Shown here: one piece after another, positions 63,646-64,000 of the stretch
Numbering within the stretch: position 1 is the stretch's first letter
Layout of the letters: each line of letters begins with the position of its first letter
NCBI GenBank assembly: GCA_030141605.1
Contig: JAQGDQ010001046.1
Coordinates: 3,885 to 67,884, forward strand
Source: Tubiluchus corallicola
Taxonomy: Eukaryota; Animalia; Priapulida
Direction: 5' to 3'
DNA length: 64,000 bases
Program-made: the position numbers and the translations under genes
The notes under the pieces: generated by a model
Databases searched by the model: none
The model's input: only the letters and a program-made list of their open reading frames with translations
Told to the model about the DNA's origin: nothing

Positions 63646-64000
63646 CAGTCAACCTCGGGTATAAGGCACTCGCTTATAAGGGACCACCAACACTGGTCCC
63701 GATTTTTCGTAACATTTTTCCCATGTAAAAATATTCGTATGTAAGGTACTCGGATATCAGAGACTTTCGGTTATAAGGGACGATATCTTCATATATCGTA
63801 ATAGAAACCCAGGTAAATTATCTCGCACATAAGGGAGCCTATGATCAAAGCGAAATTTATCGATTTTTAACCTCAATTTTTCGCAAACTCTGCCTTCGAA
63901 CAGCTCGGTTGCTGCGGTCACGTACATCTCGCATCAGTGAAGGAGCTTCCTACATACCGTTTGCACTGAATGTGTAGCAATAATCCATAAAAATACGGGT
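63646..64000 (+). mobile_element. Tigger/pogo-like MITE family B, copy 2 (cut by the window end)
   Basis: TA-CAGTCAACCTCGGGTAT..., colinear with 10807-11165. Confidence 0.85.

Overview
AT-rich, repeat-dense genomic DNA from an invertebrate animal (spliceosomal GT-AG genes; an ionotropic receptor suggests a protostome). There are no prokaryotic features and no CRISPR array. Protein-coding content: a divergent ionotropic receptor ORF (3.4-4.7 kb); a homogenised C2H2 zinc-finger array (19-20.1 kb) plus scattered fragments; a complete 8-exon TruA-family pseudouridine synthase (PUSL1-like, 26848-52028, +), which I assembled by hand in frame; and the last five coding exons of HMG-CoA reductase (53833-63429, -). 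The main candidate for a new system lies in the 15-kb PUSL1 intron. Two intronless, head-to-head genes encode predicted secreted, GPI-anchored modular LRR proteins (2 and 4 modules), in which one module type is conserved and the other varies mostly at the predicted LRR beta-strands. Between them sit two tandem 'empty' copies of the same cassette lacking the gene. Other notable items are a hAT MITE carrying a captured zinc-finger fragment, a 5S rRNA-RTE chimeric retroposon bounded by a TSD, a 3.5-kb TIR element, several MITE, Helitron-like and SINE families, and many satellites. All family assignments come from motif recognition only; no database search was run.
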